Source: a virus
IMG/VR virus record: IMGVR_UViG_3300043775_002158
Location: 41,375-105,374 of that record
DNA: 64,000 nucleotides
Strand: one strand, 5' to 3'
Shown: one piece after another, positions 7,812 through 17,729 of the stretch
How the letters are laid out: every line of letters starts with the position of its first letter
Numbering within the stretch: position 1 is the stretch's first letter
Position numbers and translations under genes: made by a program
The notes under the pieces: model-generated
The model's input: only the letters and a program-made list of their open reading frames with translations
The model's database searches: none
What the model was told of the DNA's origin: nothing

Positions 7812-9457
7812 AAAAACTAACATTATTAATGGGATTATTTTTATTAATGTCCCTATCATCATTTGCCCAATTAACAATTAACCAATCTATAACTCCAACT
7901 ACAGGTTTAAAAGTGGGAGATACATTAACGGTTAAATATACAATTAATAGAGGGGCAACAACACCTCGTTATTTTTGGTTAAGATACTCTTTTAATAATA
8001 AAGCATTGTCAATGGTGTCAAATAGTACCACTTTTACACAAGGCAGTTCAACACAAACATTTTATACAGGTTGGGATAATTACAAATTTACACCGGCAGC
8101 AAATATTGTGGATACACAATTATATGCACAATATCAAGTTACACCTTGGGGATATGAGGTAAATTCTGATTGGAATGTTGGACAATTAACAATTCAAAGA
8201 GCCGACGCTTCAATTAATGGTGACATTGCCACACAAAAATTTGTATTAAAAGACCAAAACACATATAATAATATTCATAAATTAGATTTGGCATATTCAA
8301 TTAATGCAACAGATGAGTATATTTCACCAATTACAAGAAGTTCAACAAACATATCTTTAACCAATGTGGTAGGTAACACATCTCAATTCAAAGTTAGAGT
8401 ATTATTTCCACAAGGATATACAATTTCCGACCACAATGTTCAATTGATGAGATTAAAAACAGATGGTAGTGGTGATATTGATTGGTCACAACAACCAATC
8501 GCACAAAAAGCATTGGATGCAAGTGGTGAGGTAATATTCACATCGGGTGTTAAAGTCGGTGATAGTGTTGGTGTATTTGTATCTCCCGCTTCCCAAAAGA
8601 CTTGGATGAACAACGTAATCACAGTTTCAGATGCATATAAAGCATTCTTAGGACACTCTCAAACTGATATTAGTGGAACGGCAAACTTCTTTACAAGACC
8701 TGTTTTAGAAAGAAAAATAGGTAATGTAACAAAAAACGATATGACATTTAACGAATCTGACTCATATAATTTATTTGCACACGTAATTGGACAAGATGTA
8801 TCGGTAAACGCATTTATCCCAACATCAACTTCAACTTCTTGGAGATGGCATAGTGGTTTATTGAATCAAAGTTGGTTAGATGGTGTTACTAAGAATAGAG
8901 TATACATTACGGCTCCATCACAAACTGTTGATGCAGTATTTGCGTGGGGTGGTGATTTAAACTGGTCACACTCATCTCATCCTGACACAATTGCAACTAA
9001 AATTACACAAGGTAATTTCACAAACTCAATAAACGATAACAAATATCAATCATTCTCAGTAAAGTCGATGTCATATACTCAACCTACATTTGAAAAGGTA
9101 ACTTTAGGAATTAACTCTACTTTGGAAAATGGTAAAGTTGTATTAACTACTACATTGACAAAAGAAGGATTGGCAGGTTTACAAGTTATAATGAATTATG
9201 ACGAAAGTAGATTGACGTTGGATAATGTAATATTTGATGCGGGAAGTACGATTACAAACTTCTCAACTCATAAAGATGGTAGATTGACATTTGGATCTAT
9301 TGATCAATTAAAAACATCAAGAATTAAAGTAGGAACACCGTATAAATTAATTTTCACTCCTAAAGTTCAATTAACAAATACTGCCGGTTTATTCTTCTTT
9401 GTATTGGCGGATGCGGTTGATGGATTGGGTAAGAAAGTTGATTTGACAATAGAATAA
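7808..9457 (+). CDS. exported protein with dockerin-like segment and C-terminal cohesin-like domain
   Basis: Signal peptide; VITVSDAYKAF...GNVTKNDMTFNESD; C-terminal LAGLQVIMNYDESRLTL; paralogous blocks with the next gene (WGGDLNWSHS vs WKGDVNLSHS). Confidence 0.6.
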   Translation: MKKLTLLMGLFLLMSLSSFAQLTINQSITPTTGLKVGDTLTVKYTINRGATTPRYFWLRYSFNNKALSMVSNSTTFTQGSSTQTFYTGWDNYKFTPAANIVDTQLYAQYQVTPWGYEVNSDWNVGQLTIQRADASINGDIATQKFVLKDQNTYNNIHKLDLAYSINATDEYISPITRSSTNISLTNVVGNTSQFKVRVLFPQGYTISDHNVQLMRLKTDGSGDIDWSQQPIAQKALDASGEVIFTSGVKVGDSVGVFVSPASQKTWMNNVITVSDAYKAFLGHSQTDISGTANFFTRPVLERKIGNVTKNDMTFNESDSYNLFAHVIGQDVSVNAFIPTSTSTSWRWHSGLLNQSWLDGVTKNRVYITAPSQTVDAVFAWGGDLNWSHSSHPDTIATKITQGNFTNSINDNKYQSFSVKSMSYTQPTFEKVTLGINSTLENGKVVLTTTLTKEGLAGLQVIMNYDESRLTLDNVIFDAGSTITNFSTHKDGRLTFGSIDQLKTSRIKVGTPYKLIFTPKVQLTNTAGLFFFVLADAVDGLGKKVDLTIE

Positions 9458-9460
9458 TTT

Positions 9461-12049
9461 ATGAAGAAACTATTAGTAGTATTATTTTTATTTATATCAT
9501 TTTTAGGGTTTGGTCAGTCGGTTTTGGCACCAGACCCTAAGTCATTTATTGTTAATACCACAGGACAAGATGCAAGTGGGTTTGAGTTAACTGGATTTAA
9601 TTCAACCGCAACTTTATTAGCATCGGTGAGTTTAGTATCACCACCAGCAGGAACAACATTCTATTTAAACACTTACACAGGTCTAACCGCAGCAAGTGGT
9701 TTCAATATGATTGGTAATAAAACTAAATTGGTGTTTACCGGAACAATGGCAAATATCAATACGGCATTGGCATCATTAAAAATTAACACAGGTTCTATTT
9801 CGGGTGATATTGTCATATCAGTCGCAGCAACTATAAATCCAACTGGTTTCTTTTACAATGGAACAAACGGACACTTTTATAGACCAATATCAACAGGAAC
9901 AAGCTATACGGGTGCAAGAGCAGCGGCATTAAATACTACATTTAAAGGACAGACTGGATATTTAGTAACAATAACTTCGGCAGATGAAGATGCGTTTGTA
10001 TTTAATAATGTACCACAAACAAACATTTGGTTTGCACTAACGGATGAAGAAACAGAAGGCCAATGGAAAATTGATGCTGGTCCTGAAAAGGGAACTTTAA
10101 TCAAAACATCAAACGGACAAACTGCGGGTAATATACAAGGACAGTACAATAACTGGGCACCTGGTGAACCAAACAATAGTGGTAACGAAGATTATGCGGT
10201 AACAAAATGGAACGGTTCTCAATGGAATGATTTACCGAATGGATTTAGTTGCCCTTATGTAATTGAATATGGAACTTGGACCAATCCTGATGATGCAACA
10301 TTTACCGAATTTTATACTAACAGTGTAGTTCATTCAAACGGAGAAACAATAAAAGCATTATTCAATTTTACATTTGGTGGAGCAACTGATAAAAGTAAAT
10401 TTTCAGCAAGATTATTTAATAGAAGCGATGCGACATCAACATGGGTAGCCGGTGGTTCTTATAAATCATTAAGTGGATTGGGTAAAGTATATCTTTCAAA
10501 TCAAATAGATACTGCAAAGATATTTTCAACCGCAATTCAATTAACGCCGGGTACAAATGATATGACACAATTTAGTTCTGCTGATATTGGTAAGGTCTAT
10601 AAACTAACAACAACTGGAGCAAGTGGTGGTGGATGGGGAACGGACATTTATACAAGTGACTCTTATATACCCGCTATGGCAGTTCACGCAGGAGTTTTAA
10701 CAATCGGACAAACAAAAGAAATTTATATTAAAATAGTTGAGGGAAAAAGTAGTTATTTAGGTTCAACCCGTAATGGAATCACAACGTCAGAATGGGGTGG
10801 ATGGGGATTGAGTTATCAATTTGTATCTCAACCATCTTCATACAAGGCAATATCATCACCTGGCCAAGTTGAATGGTGTGTGATATATGACTACGATGCA
10901 TCAAATCAAAGATATAGAGTTGGGATTGATAAGAGAGAATTTGATGGAACCAACGTATCACCAAATAATGTATCATCACTAAAATTATTTGATTTGTGGG
11001 ATGGAAATGTAACATTTGATAGTGAAGACATATATTGGGCAAATTATTGGATTAATACACCAACCCAATTTAATTTTACGGGTTCATCATTTTCATCATT
11101 TATAAGACAAGGCAATGGATTTTACGGAGTAAGTAGTGAGTTTACCTTTTCACAATTAGGTACATACAAACAACACAAAATGGAATTAAATGAATATGAT
11201 AATGTACAATTAAAAACATTATATAATAACATTGTAACAGTATCGGATGTTTATTTGGCATTTAAGGAATTATCTAATAAGGGTTTATTTGGTAATCAAA
11301 GTGGTAATGAATTTGGATATGGTATTCAATATATAAATGCAGATGTGGATGATAATGGTGTATTCAATGAAGTGGATACATATAAATTATTACAAAATTT
11401 AACGGGTGTAAATGATTTAGTTAGCAGTTATACTTTGGATAATACTATAAAAGTAATTCCAGACTCAATCTATAATTTAATTGGTAAATCAACATGGAGT
11501 TCATTTACATCATACAAAGGTAAATCATATTCATTTAGTTTATTGGATAATGTGTTGAATTACAATTACAATTTATCTGTGAGTTGGAAAGGTGATGTGA
11601 ATTTATCACATTCAGCAACACCTCCTTCAAATGGTATAACAACAATGTCGGTTAGAACATCAATGAGTACACCGATATCAAACGAAATAAATTCATCAAT
11701 TATGTCCGAAATTGTGGGAGATAGTGTTTATGTATATATTACAATAGACCCATTACAACAAGAATTGGTGGGGACACAGTTTAAGTTAAATTACGATAAT
11801 GATTTATTAAAGTTTAATAATGTAATATATAAAACAAAAGGATTACCAACTAACTATGCGACGGACAAAGGGAATTATATTAATTTAGGTTCTCTAATAA
11901 CGGATGGTGGAACTTTAGATAATACCACTGAATATAAATTATCATTTACAACAAAAACAAAGTTGGAGAATATATTCGGTTTAATTTCGGTTGGGTTAAT
12001 GGATGCAGTAAACAAAAGTGGTAGAACATTAAAAGTAATAATGAAATAA
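9461..12049 (+). CDS. exported multidomain adhesin: C-type lectin, LCCL, dockerin-like and cohesin-like domains
   Basis: YNNWAPGEPNN...WND (CTL); WGTDIYTSDSYIPAMAVHAGVL (LCCL); NADVDDNGVFNEVD; LVGTQFKLNYDNDLLKF. Confidence 0.75.
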   Translation: MKKLLVVLFLFISFLGFGQSVLAPDPKSFIVNTTGQDASGFELTGFNSTATLLASVSLVSPPAGTTFYLNTYTGLTAASGFNMIGNKTKLVFTGTMANINTALASLKINTGSISGDIVISVAATINPTGFFYNGTNGHFYRPISTGTSYTGARAAALNTTFKGQTGYLVTITSADEDAFVFNNVPQTNIWFALTDEETEGQWKIDAGPEKGTLIKTSNGQTAGNIQGQYNNWAPGEPNNSGNEDYAVTKWNGSQWNDLPNGFSCPYVIEYGTWTNPDDATFTEFYTNSVVHSNGETIKALFNFTFGGATDKSKFSARLFNRSDATSTWVAGGSYKSLSGLGKVYLSNQIDTAKIFSTAIQLTPGTNDMTQFSSADIGKVYKLTTTGASGGGWGTDIYTSDSYIPAMAVHAGVLTIGQTKEIYIKIVEGKSSYLGSTRNGITTSEWGGWGLSYQFVSQPSSYKAISSPGQVEWCVIYDYDASNQRYRVGIDKREFDGTNVSPNNVSSLKLFDLWDGNVTFDSEDIYWANYWINTPTQFNFTGSSFSSFIRQGNGFYGVSSEFTFSQLGTYKQHKMELNEYDNVQLKTLYNNIVTVSDVYLAFKELSNKGLFGNQSGNEFGYGIQYINADVDDNGVFNEVDTYKLLQNLTGVNDLVSSYTLDNTIKVIPDSIYNLIGKSTWSSFTSYKGKSYSFSLLDNVLNYNYNLSVSWKGDVNLSHSATPPSNGITTMSVRTSMSTPISNEINSSIMSEIVGDSVYVYITIDPLQQELVGTQFKLNYDNDLLKFNNVIYKTKGLPTNYATDKGNYINLGSLITDGGTLDNTTEYKLSFTTKTKLENIFGLISVGLMDAVNKSGRTLKVIMK

Positions 12050-12072
12050 AAACAAATTAAAAAACAAAAATT

Positions 12073-12756
12073 ATGGCAGACAGAAACGGAGACGGAGTTG
12101 TTTATCATCGCTCAGATTGTGGTGATAATTATGTAAGATGGTATGGGTTCGGTGGAGATGGACCTTGTTCGGCGTGTGATACGTGGGGACTTACCAATAA
12201 AGCAATAAGATATATTCATGACCACCCTGAAATAAATCATAGACTTGAAGATGTGGTAGGTAGAGAGTGGGATGAAGAGGTTATGCCAGTATTAACAGAG
12301 GTTTATGAAGAAGTAAAAGAAGGTGTAATAGACGCATATAATTGGGTGGACGCAAACGCTTGTAATATAGCTGTAACAGCAGCAATCTCGGCGGGAGTTG
12401 TTTACGCATTCACACCAGAACCGGCAAACCCAACAGCGGTGGCAACATCAACTACTTTATCGGCAATGGCATCAACTATTACTAATATGGCAGTTAAAGT
12501 TGCGGTAGTAGGAGAAATGAGTGAAATTATAACAAATGGATTTTTACTAATACCATTTGTAAGTGATAGTATTGACCACACTCTATTATACAATATAATT
12601 TCAAATTGTTTAGCTAAAAGTTTAGATTCTGCGGAGTTATGGGCAACACCAGCCGGTGTTGGTATTGCGATTGGAGCAGCAATTGCACCTGTTATTGCGG
12701 ATTTGATATGTAAAAAAACTTGTCCTGAAGGATTTACTAAAGCATTTGGTGCGTAA
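12073..12756 (+). CDS. hypothetical protein, Cys-containing N-terminus and hydrophobic Ala-rich helices
   Basis: 227-aa ORF in the cluster; no signal peptide. Confidence 0.7.
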   Translation: MADRNGDGVVYHRSDCGDNYVRWYGFGGDGPCSACDTWGLTNKAIRYIHDHPEINHRLEDVVGREWDEEVMPVLTEVYEEVKEGVIDAYNWVDANACNIAVTAAISAGVVYAFTPEPANPTAVATSTTLSAMASTITNMAVKVAVVGEMSEIITNGFLLIPFVSDSIDHTLLYNIISNCLAKSLDSAELWATPAGVGIAIGAAIAPVIADLICKKTCPEGFTKAFGA

Positions 12757-13649
12757 TGAAAAAACTAATAACCATATTATTTTTACTTTGTGTAAGTTTT
12801 GTTACAAATGCACAAATACAAAAACCAGATACGTTACAACTATCGGCAAAAGAACTATTTGGAGAAAGTGATGATTGGAACGATGTGGGTATATTACAAT
12901 CCTATGTTAATTTTTCAAAAGATGTCCTATCATCATCAAACCTTTCAATTGGTGTAATTGGAAAACAAGTATCTACAACTCTTAATTTGGGATATAATAA
13001 ATCATCATTGAATGGGAAGTGGGGACACTCATTTGCAGCATCAATAAACCCTATTTGGAATTATTATGGTGTAGGGTATGGTCTTAGTAGAAATACCGAA
13101 AAGAGAACAACTACAATACAAACATTTTATTCTACGGACTTTGATTTCCAAAAAGATATTAACTTATCATTTATTGATGTATTCAGAACAAAAAAATGGG
13201 GAACATTCGGTTATAGTTTAACAGCATCAAAATCATTTTGGGGAACTTATCAGGGTGAGTGGGAAGGGAAATATACGGTTGATGAAAATGGTGATTTTAA
13301 AGATTTAATATATCCAATGATACCGGCATCAAGTGAAATAAGTTATAGAGGTATGATGATGTACACTTATACATTGAAAACAAAGAGAGTAAACATCTCA
13401 CCACAAATATTTGCAATGAGTGATGTATATAAAGTATTTAAAGATGGAACTGAATCAGATTTGGCATATGTAGATGATTTCAATTTGGACTTATATTATG
13501 GTACATCTATTGATTGGAAAATAACTAAAAGATTTGTATTGAATACCAATGTTAGATATAATACAACTTGGGATAAATTAAGTGAATCAGTCGGTTATAA
13601 AAAAAGTAACCCAATAATGTTTATGATAGGAACAAACTTTCAATTTTAA
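12756..13649 (+). CDS. probable outer-membrane beta-barrel protein
   Basis: Signal peptide; alternating aromatic/Gly strands; C-terminal BAM-type signal MIGTNFQF. Confidence 0.7.
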   Translation: MKKLITILFLLCVSFVTNAQIQKPDTLQLSAKELFGESDDWNDVGILQSYVNFSKDVLSSSNLSIGVIGKQVSTTLNLGYNKSSLNGKWGHSFAASINPIWNYYGVGYGLSRNTEKRTTTIQTFYSTDFDFQKDINLSFIDVFRTKKWGTFGYSLTASKSFWGTYQGEWEGKYTVDENGDFKDLIYPMIPASSEISYRGMMMYTYTLKTKRVNISPQIFAMSDVYKVFKDGTESDLAYVDDFNLDLYYGTSIDWKITKRFVLNTNVRYNTTWDKLSESVGYKKSNPIMFMIGTNFQF

Positions 13650-14023
13650 TGAGTAAAAAAGATTTAATATCATTCATAGTAATTTATTTATTAACCACAT
13701 TTGTAATATTATTTAGTGGTTGTAGAAAAACGCAGACTATTCCAACACCACCACCGATAAATAAAGAATTTTTTAATTCACCCGAAAACAACGTTAAAAA
13801 TGGGGATATTATTAATTTTAATTTAACTACAGTTGGTGTTTATACTTTGACAATGATTGATACGGTTCAAAATCAAGTTGTGACCAGAGAAAGATTTACG
13901 GGTAAAATTGGTTTAAACTCACTTAAAATATTTACAAAAACTTTACCGACAAAATACCTAAGTGTCGTTTTAAAGGATCAAAATAATCAACAGATAGGTA
14001 AAACAAGAATAATAATAAATTAA
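13649..14023 (+). CDS. lipoprotein with T9SS-CTD-like Ig domain
   Basis: Lipobox FSG-C followed by RK; paralog of 14037. Confidence 0.6.
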   Translation: MSKKDLISFIVIYLLTTFVILFSGCRKTQTIPTPPPINKEFFNSPENNVKNGDIINFNLTTVGVYTLTMIDTVQNQVVTRERFTGKIGLNSLKIFTKTLPTKYLSVVLKDQNNQQIGKTRIIIN

Positions 14024-14036
14024 AAAATAACAAAAA

Positions 14037-14405
14037 ATGAAAAAAGTATCTCTCGTACTCTTCGGTTTGATTCTACTTGCTGGATGTAGAAAATCAGATT
14101 TTCCAACGCCACCTCAATCAGTTAGCGACGATTTAAAAATTGCTAGTTTATCAGGATTAAAATTACAAACTGCATTTGTAACAAGTGAAGTTTCAATGAA
14201 CATAAAAAGTGAGACATCTCAGACTGTAACTATCAGAATCTTTGATATTGCAAATAGAGTAGTGTCTAAATCAACAAGCGACGTAAAGTCAGGTGATAAT
14301 ATATTGAAGATATACACTTCATCATTACCGTCATCAGGTTATAGAATAGCAATTTACGATCGTGCCGGTAATATGTTAGGTATTACGGACTTTAATAAAA
14401 TTTAA
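14037..14405 (+). CDS. lipoprotein with T9SS-CTD-like Ig domain
   Basis: Lipobox LAG-C; VTIRIFDIANRVV...GDNILKIYTSSLPSSGYRIAI resembles Por secretion tails. Confidence 0.65.
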   Translation: MKKVSLVLFGLILLAGCRKSDFPTPPQSVSDDLKIASLSGLKLQTAFVTSEVSMNIKSETSQTVTIRIFDIANRVVSKSTSDVKSGDNILKIYTSSLPSSGYRIAIYDRAGNMLGITDFNKI

Positions 14406-14435
14406 GATAATTATAGTATATAAAAACACAAAATT

Positions 14436-14744
14436 ATGGCAGAAGAACAACAAGAACAATCAACCGGTGGTTCAATTAAGAATATACTTATCGGTTTAGT
14501 AAGTACCATCACATTAGGTGTGGGTGGTTGGTTTACAACAAAATTAACGGGTGGTGACGAAAAAGAAACTCCGGCACAACAAGCTGCACCTGTAATCAAC
14601 ATTACAAACTCTAATCAACAATCACAAGCTGCAGGAGGTAAGACTGTTATTATTAAAGAAAAGTCAACAACACCAGCACCGGCACCAAAACCAAAACCTA
14701 AAAAAGATGGTGACGAATTTAAAGAAGAGACACCAAAATGGTAG
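14436..14744 (+). CDS. single-pass membrane protein with Gln/Pro-rich tail
   Basis: TM ILIGLVSTITLGVGGWF. Confidence 0.75.
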   Translation: MAEEQQEQSTGGSIKNILIGLVSTITLGVGGWFTTKLTGGDEKETPAQQAAPVINITNSNQQSQAAGGKTVIIKEKSTTPAPAPKPKPKKDGDEFKEETPKW

Positions 14745-14851
14745 GTTTGGGTTTAGAGGTTGAAACTGCAACCTTAATTTTTACGATTATAATAATTGGG
14801 ATGTCGATAAAGACATCCTTGGAATTGACAAAAAAAGAAAAAAATGGCTGA
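14738..14851 (+). CDS. 37-aa membrane peptide, absent from the ORF track
   Basis: MVGLGLEVETATLIFTIIIIGMSIKTSLELTKKEKNG*; overlaps both neighbours and fills the gap. Confidence 0.5.
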   Translation: MVGLGLEVETATLIFTIIIIGMSIKTSLELTKKEKNG

Positions 14852-15452
14852 TCAACAACCACCAAGTGGATTTAAAGAATTATTAGCAAATATGATGAAA
14901 CGTAGATGGTTCATCACTGCAATTGTATTAGGGGGATTTATGATAATCATAATGGGAATATTTGGGGCAATCCTAAATAAATCCGCTATTGAAGGAGAAT
15001 GGAAAGAACTTCTACTATTGTTATTGGGTGCATTTATCGGTAGTTACGGTAAAATAATCGACTATTGGTTTAGTGATACTGATAAGGATAAAATGTTAGT
15101 TCAGAAAATGGATGAAGAAGATGGTGTATCGTTGAGTAATACTAACGATGGTCCAAATACTCCAATCGTACCAATGTCAATAGCACCATTAGTGTTATCA
15201 GAATCAACCGAACAAATAACCGAACAATTAGTTGAAACACCAAAAGTAGAAAAGAAGGGTGTTGAAATCGATGAAGATGGTGACGGTGTTATGGATGGTT
15301 TAGATTTCGATGGTGATGGTAAAATCGATGAATATTTCGCACACAGACAATGTGAACACGTTTGGGGTGACTTAGACGGTGACGGAACAGAGGAGTGTTT
15401 GAAGTGTGGTAAAGTTAAGGATGAATACGCAGAAATGCATATGGAAGGATAA
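14844..15452 (+). CDS. two-TM membrane protein with DxDxDG Ca-binding repeats and Cys/His cluster
   Basis: Two TM helices; DEDGDG, DFDGDG, DLDGDG; CEH...CLKC. Confidence 0.75.
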   Translation: MADQQPPSGFKELLANMMKRRWFITAIVLGGFMIIIMGIFGAILNKSAIEGEWKELLLLLLGAFIGSYGKIIDYWFSDTDKDKMLVQKMDEEDGVSLSNTNDGPNTPIVPMSIAPLVLSESTEQITEQLVETPKVEKKGVEIDEDGDGVMDGLDFDGDGKIDEYFAHRQCEHVWGDLDGDGTEECLKCGKVKDEYAEMHMEG

Positions 15453-15481
15453 AATAAACAAAAGACAAAAAATAAAAAACT

Positions 15482-15730
15482 ATGAAATTTAAAGAATGGG
15501 CTATTGAACTCTTCAAAGACGAAAGAGGTTCAATTTCAGTAAAACCAGTTATTGCATTTGTAGGGGCGATGTTCCTATGTGTGACTATGATCTTAAATTC
15601 GTTCTCTCACGCGGATTTCGCCCCATCACCTGAATTGGTGAATGCGGTGATGATTATCACGGGAATTGGGATGGGTGCCGATACGATGGATAAATTCTCT
15701 CACAAAAAGAAAGAAGAAACAGAAGGTTAA
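15482..15730 (+). CDS. small two-TM (holin-like) membrane protein
   Basis: LFKDERGSISVK followed by two TM helices and a charged tail. Confidence 0.6.
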   Translation: MKFKEWAIELFKDERGSISVKPVIAFVGAMFLCVTMILNSFSHADFAPSPELVNAVMIITGIGMGADTMDKFSHKKKEETEG

Positions 15731-15734
15731 TATG

Positions 15735-15763
15735 AAGGAGGGTTTATCCCTCCTTTTTTTTTT
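15735..15763 (+). terminator. intrinsic terminator
   Basis: AAGGAGGG-ttat-CCCTCCTT-like hairpin then a long U tract. Confidence 0.8.
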
Positions 15764-15787
15764 CATATATTTATTAAAAATGAATTT

Positions 15788-15994
15788 ATGAAAAATTTAA
15801 GAGATATTTTAGCTTTAAGGTTTATTCAATTAGTATTTGTATGGGTAAGTTTTGCTCTAACATTTCAGGTGTTTATGATTATAACACATTTTACCAATCC
15901 TGAATTGAGTACAAAAATAGGTAATGAAATTATGTGGAAAATAGACGGTACATTTAAAAATGATCCTGATAATATTTGGTATGAAAAAAAATAA
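15788..15994 (+). CDS. small membrane protein
   Basis: One hydrophobic helix; TATTTAT upstream. Confidence 0.65.
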   Translation: MKNLRDILALRFIQLVFVWVSFALTFQVFMIITHFTNPELSTKIGNEIMWKIDGTFKNDPDNIWYEKK

Positions 15995-16000
15995 AACAAG

Positions 16001-16744
16001 ATGACAAAAAACGAAATATTATATAATGTCGGTTTAACCGATAAAGTATATTCAGAACAAAAAGATATTGATTTTAAAGCACAAAGGTTAAAATTAATTA
16101 AATGGATTGAAGATAAAAAATCAGACACACAAGGATTTGTTGCAACGAAAGATAATACAATTTATATTGTGTGGAGAGGTAGTTCTTCTAAAAAAGATTT
16201 CCAAAACGACGCCTCTATCGATAAAGTTCCTTTTATTGAAGAAGGTGAGAAAGTTCATATTGGATTTAAAACCTGTTGGGATGCCGTAAAGGATGATACA
16301 TATAAAGCATTAGATATTGCACTTAAAAACTTAGGTCAAGAACATTCAATAGATAATATTGTTGTTTGTGGACACAGTTTAGGTGCGGCAATTTCTACCT
16401 TGTGTGCATATGAAATCTATTCAATTTATAAATCAAATAAAATTATATGTTGTACCATAGGTAGTCCAAGAGTTGGTAATAAAATATTCAAACAAAACTT
16501 TGATAAATCACCAATTGAATCGTTAAGGATTGTTAACAATTTAGATATTGTAACTCGTGCACCAAATATTGGATATCACCACGTTAATACCGAATTACGT
16601 ATTGATAGTGAGGGTAAAGTTAAAAAATGGATGATTGATTGGCAAAGAGTTGGTGAATATCTTAAAGCCGTATTCACAGGTAAGACTGCGAAAGATCATA
16701 TGACAAATAATTACATAAGTGCATTAAATAAATGGAACCCATAA
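16001..16744 (+). CDS. class 3 lipase
   Basis: VWRGS, VHIGF, GHSLG nucleophile elbow, GSPRVGN, DIV, DH. Confidence 0.93.
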   Translation: MTKNEILYNVGLTDKVYSEQKDIDFKAQRLKLIKWIEDKKSDTQGFVATKDNTIYIVWRGSSSKKDFQNDASIDKVPFIEEGEKVHIGFKTCWDAVKDDTYKALDIALKNLGQEHSIDNIVVCGHSLGAAISTLCAYEIYSIYKSNKIICCTIGSPRVGNKIFKQNFDKSPIESLRIVNNLDIVTRAPNIGYHHVNTELRIDSEGKVKKWMIDWQRVGEYLKAVFTGKTAKDHMTNNYISALNKWNP

Positions 16745-16753
16745 AAAAAATAT

Positions 16754-17473
16754 ATGAAAAAATTATTAATATTATTAAGTGTTTGTTTAGTAAGTCTTGT
16801 TGCAAATAGTCAAACAATAGGTAAAACTAAGACAGAGGACTTCAAGGCGGACTTTGAAAAGAAAAAGGATATAAGTACTTACTTAGATTATGACGGACCT
16901 CAAATACCCGTTCAAATCCTTAAATGTGGTATTTCTGACGAAGTATATGAGATGTATCCAGAATTAAAGGAAAAACGTGTAGGTTTAGGTGTTGCTAATA
17001 TCTCTATGGAATATCTTGAGAACTTAAACAGATTTAAATTTACTGAGGACAAGACAGAAATTAAGAATCGCATGGTAAAACAATTCCAAGCATCTCAAGC
17101 CGGTATTTCTGAGAACAAATTAGATGGTCGTGGTAAAATCAATTTGGCTAAGTATTTTGTAACTATCGAGTGTTATGATTATTCGGTATCTGAAGATGAA
17201 ACTATCAACCTAAAAGACGGTATTAAAGATAATATGGTTACTCGTATTGGTTTACAAGTTAGATTTACTGACGCCGAGACAGGACTAGTATTTGCAGGTT
17301 CAGGTTTAGGTGAAGCTAAGACAACAAGAGAGTTGACTTTATTATCTGATGCAACTATCGACCCAATTAAATTTAATCAATCAACCATCAGTATCTCAAC
17401 TAAAAAGGCGTTAGATATTGCGGTTGCTAACATTCTTGATAGAATGATTAAAAAAGGTATTTTCACAAAATAA
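16754..17473 (+). CDS. CsgG/HfaB-family exported protein
   Basis: Signal peptide; GLGVANISMEYLENLNRFKFTE, GKINLAKYFV, IGLQVRFTDAETG pattern of the CsgG fold. Confidence 0.75.
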   Translation: MKKLLILLSVCLVSLVANSQTIGKTKTEDFKADFEKKKDISTYLDYDGPQIPVQILKCGISDEVYEMYPELKEKRVGLGVANISMEYLENLNRFKFTEDKTEIKNRMVKQFQASQAGISENKLDGRGKINLAKYFVTIECYDYSVSEDETINLKDGIKDNMVTRIGLQVRFTDAETGLVFAGSGLGEAKTTRELTLLSDATIDPIKFNQSTISISTKKALDIAVANILDRMIKKGIFTK

Positions 17474-17706
17474 TGAAATACGAAGTTGTTGATATTCCAC
17501 AACCGGAAAATTGTGAAAAATGTACACCATGTCTTAGACTTAGATTAATGGAAATGGGGTTTATTACGGGAGAAAGAATTGAATTTGGAGAAAGTAGATT
17601 AGGTTTATATATGGTTAATATATTAACCGAAAATGACCATATCTCTTCGGTGGTTGCACTTAGACAAGAAGAATTGGATAGAATATGTTTAAAAGGGGTT
17701 TTATAA
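17473..17706 (+). CDS. feoA: FeoA (SH3-like) domain protein
   Basis: RLRLMEMGFITGERI...VALRQEE; extra CxxCxxC. Confidence 0.8.
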   Translation: MKYEVVDIPQPENCEKCTPCLRLRLMEMGFITGERIEFGESRLGLYMVNILTENDHISSVVALRQEELDRICLKGVL

Positions 17707-17716
17707 CCCCTTTTTT
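17691..17716 (+). terminator. intrinsic terminator overlapping the feoA stop
   Basis: AAAAGGGGTT-ttat-AACCCCTTTTTT. Confidence 0.65.
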
Positions 17717-17729
17717 AGTATTTATATGT

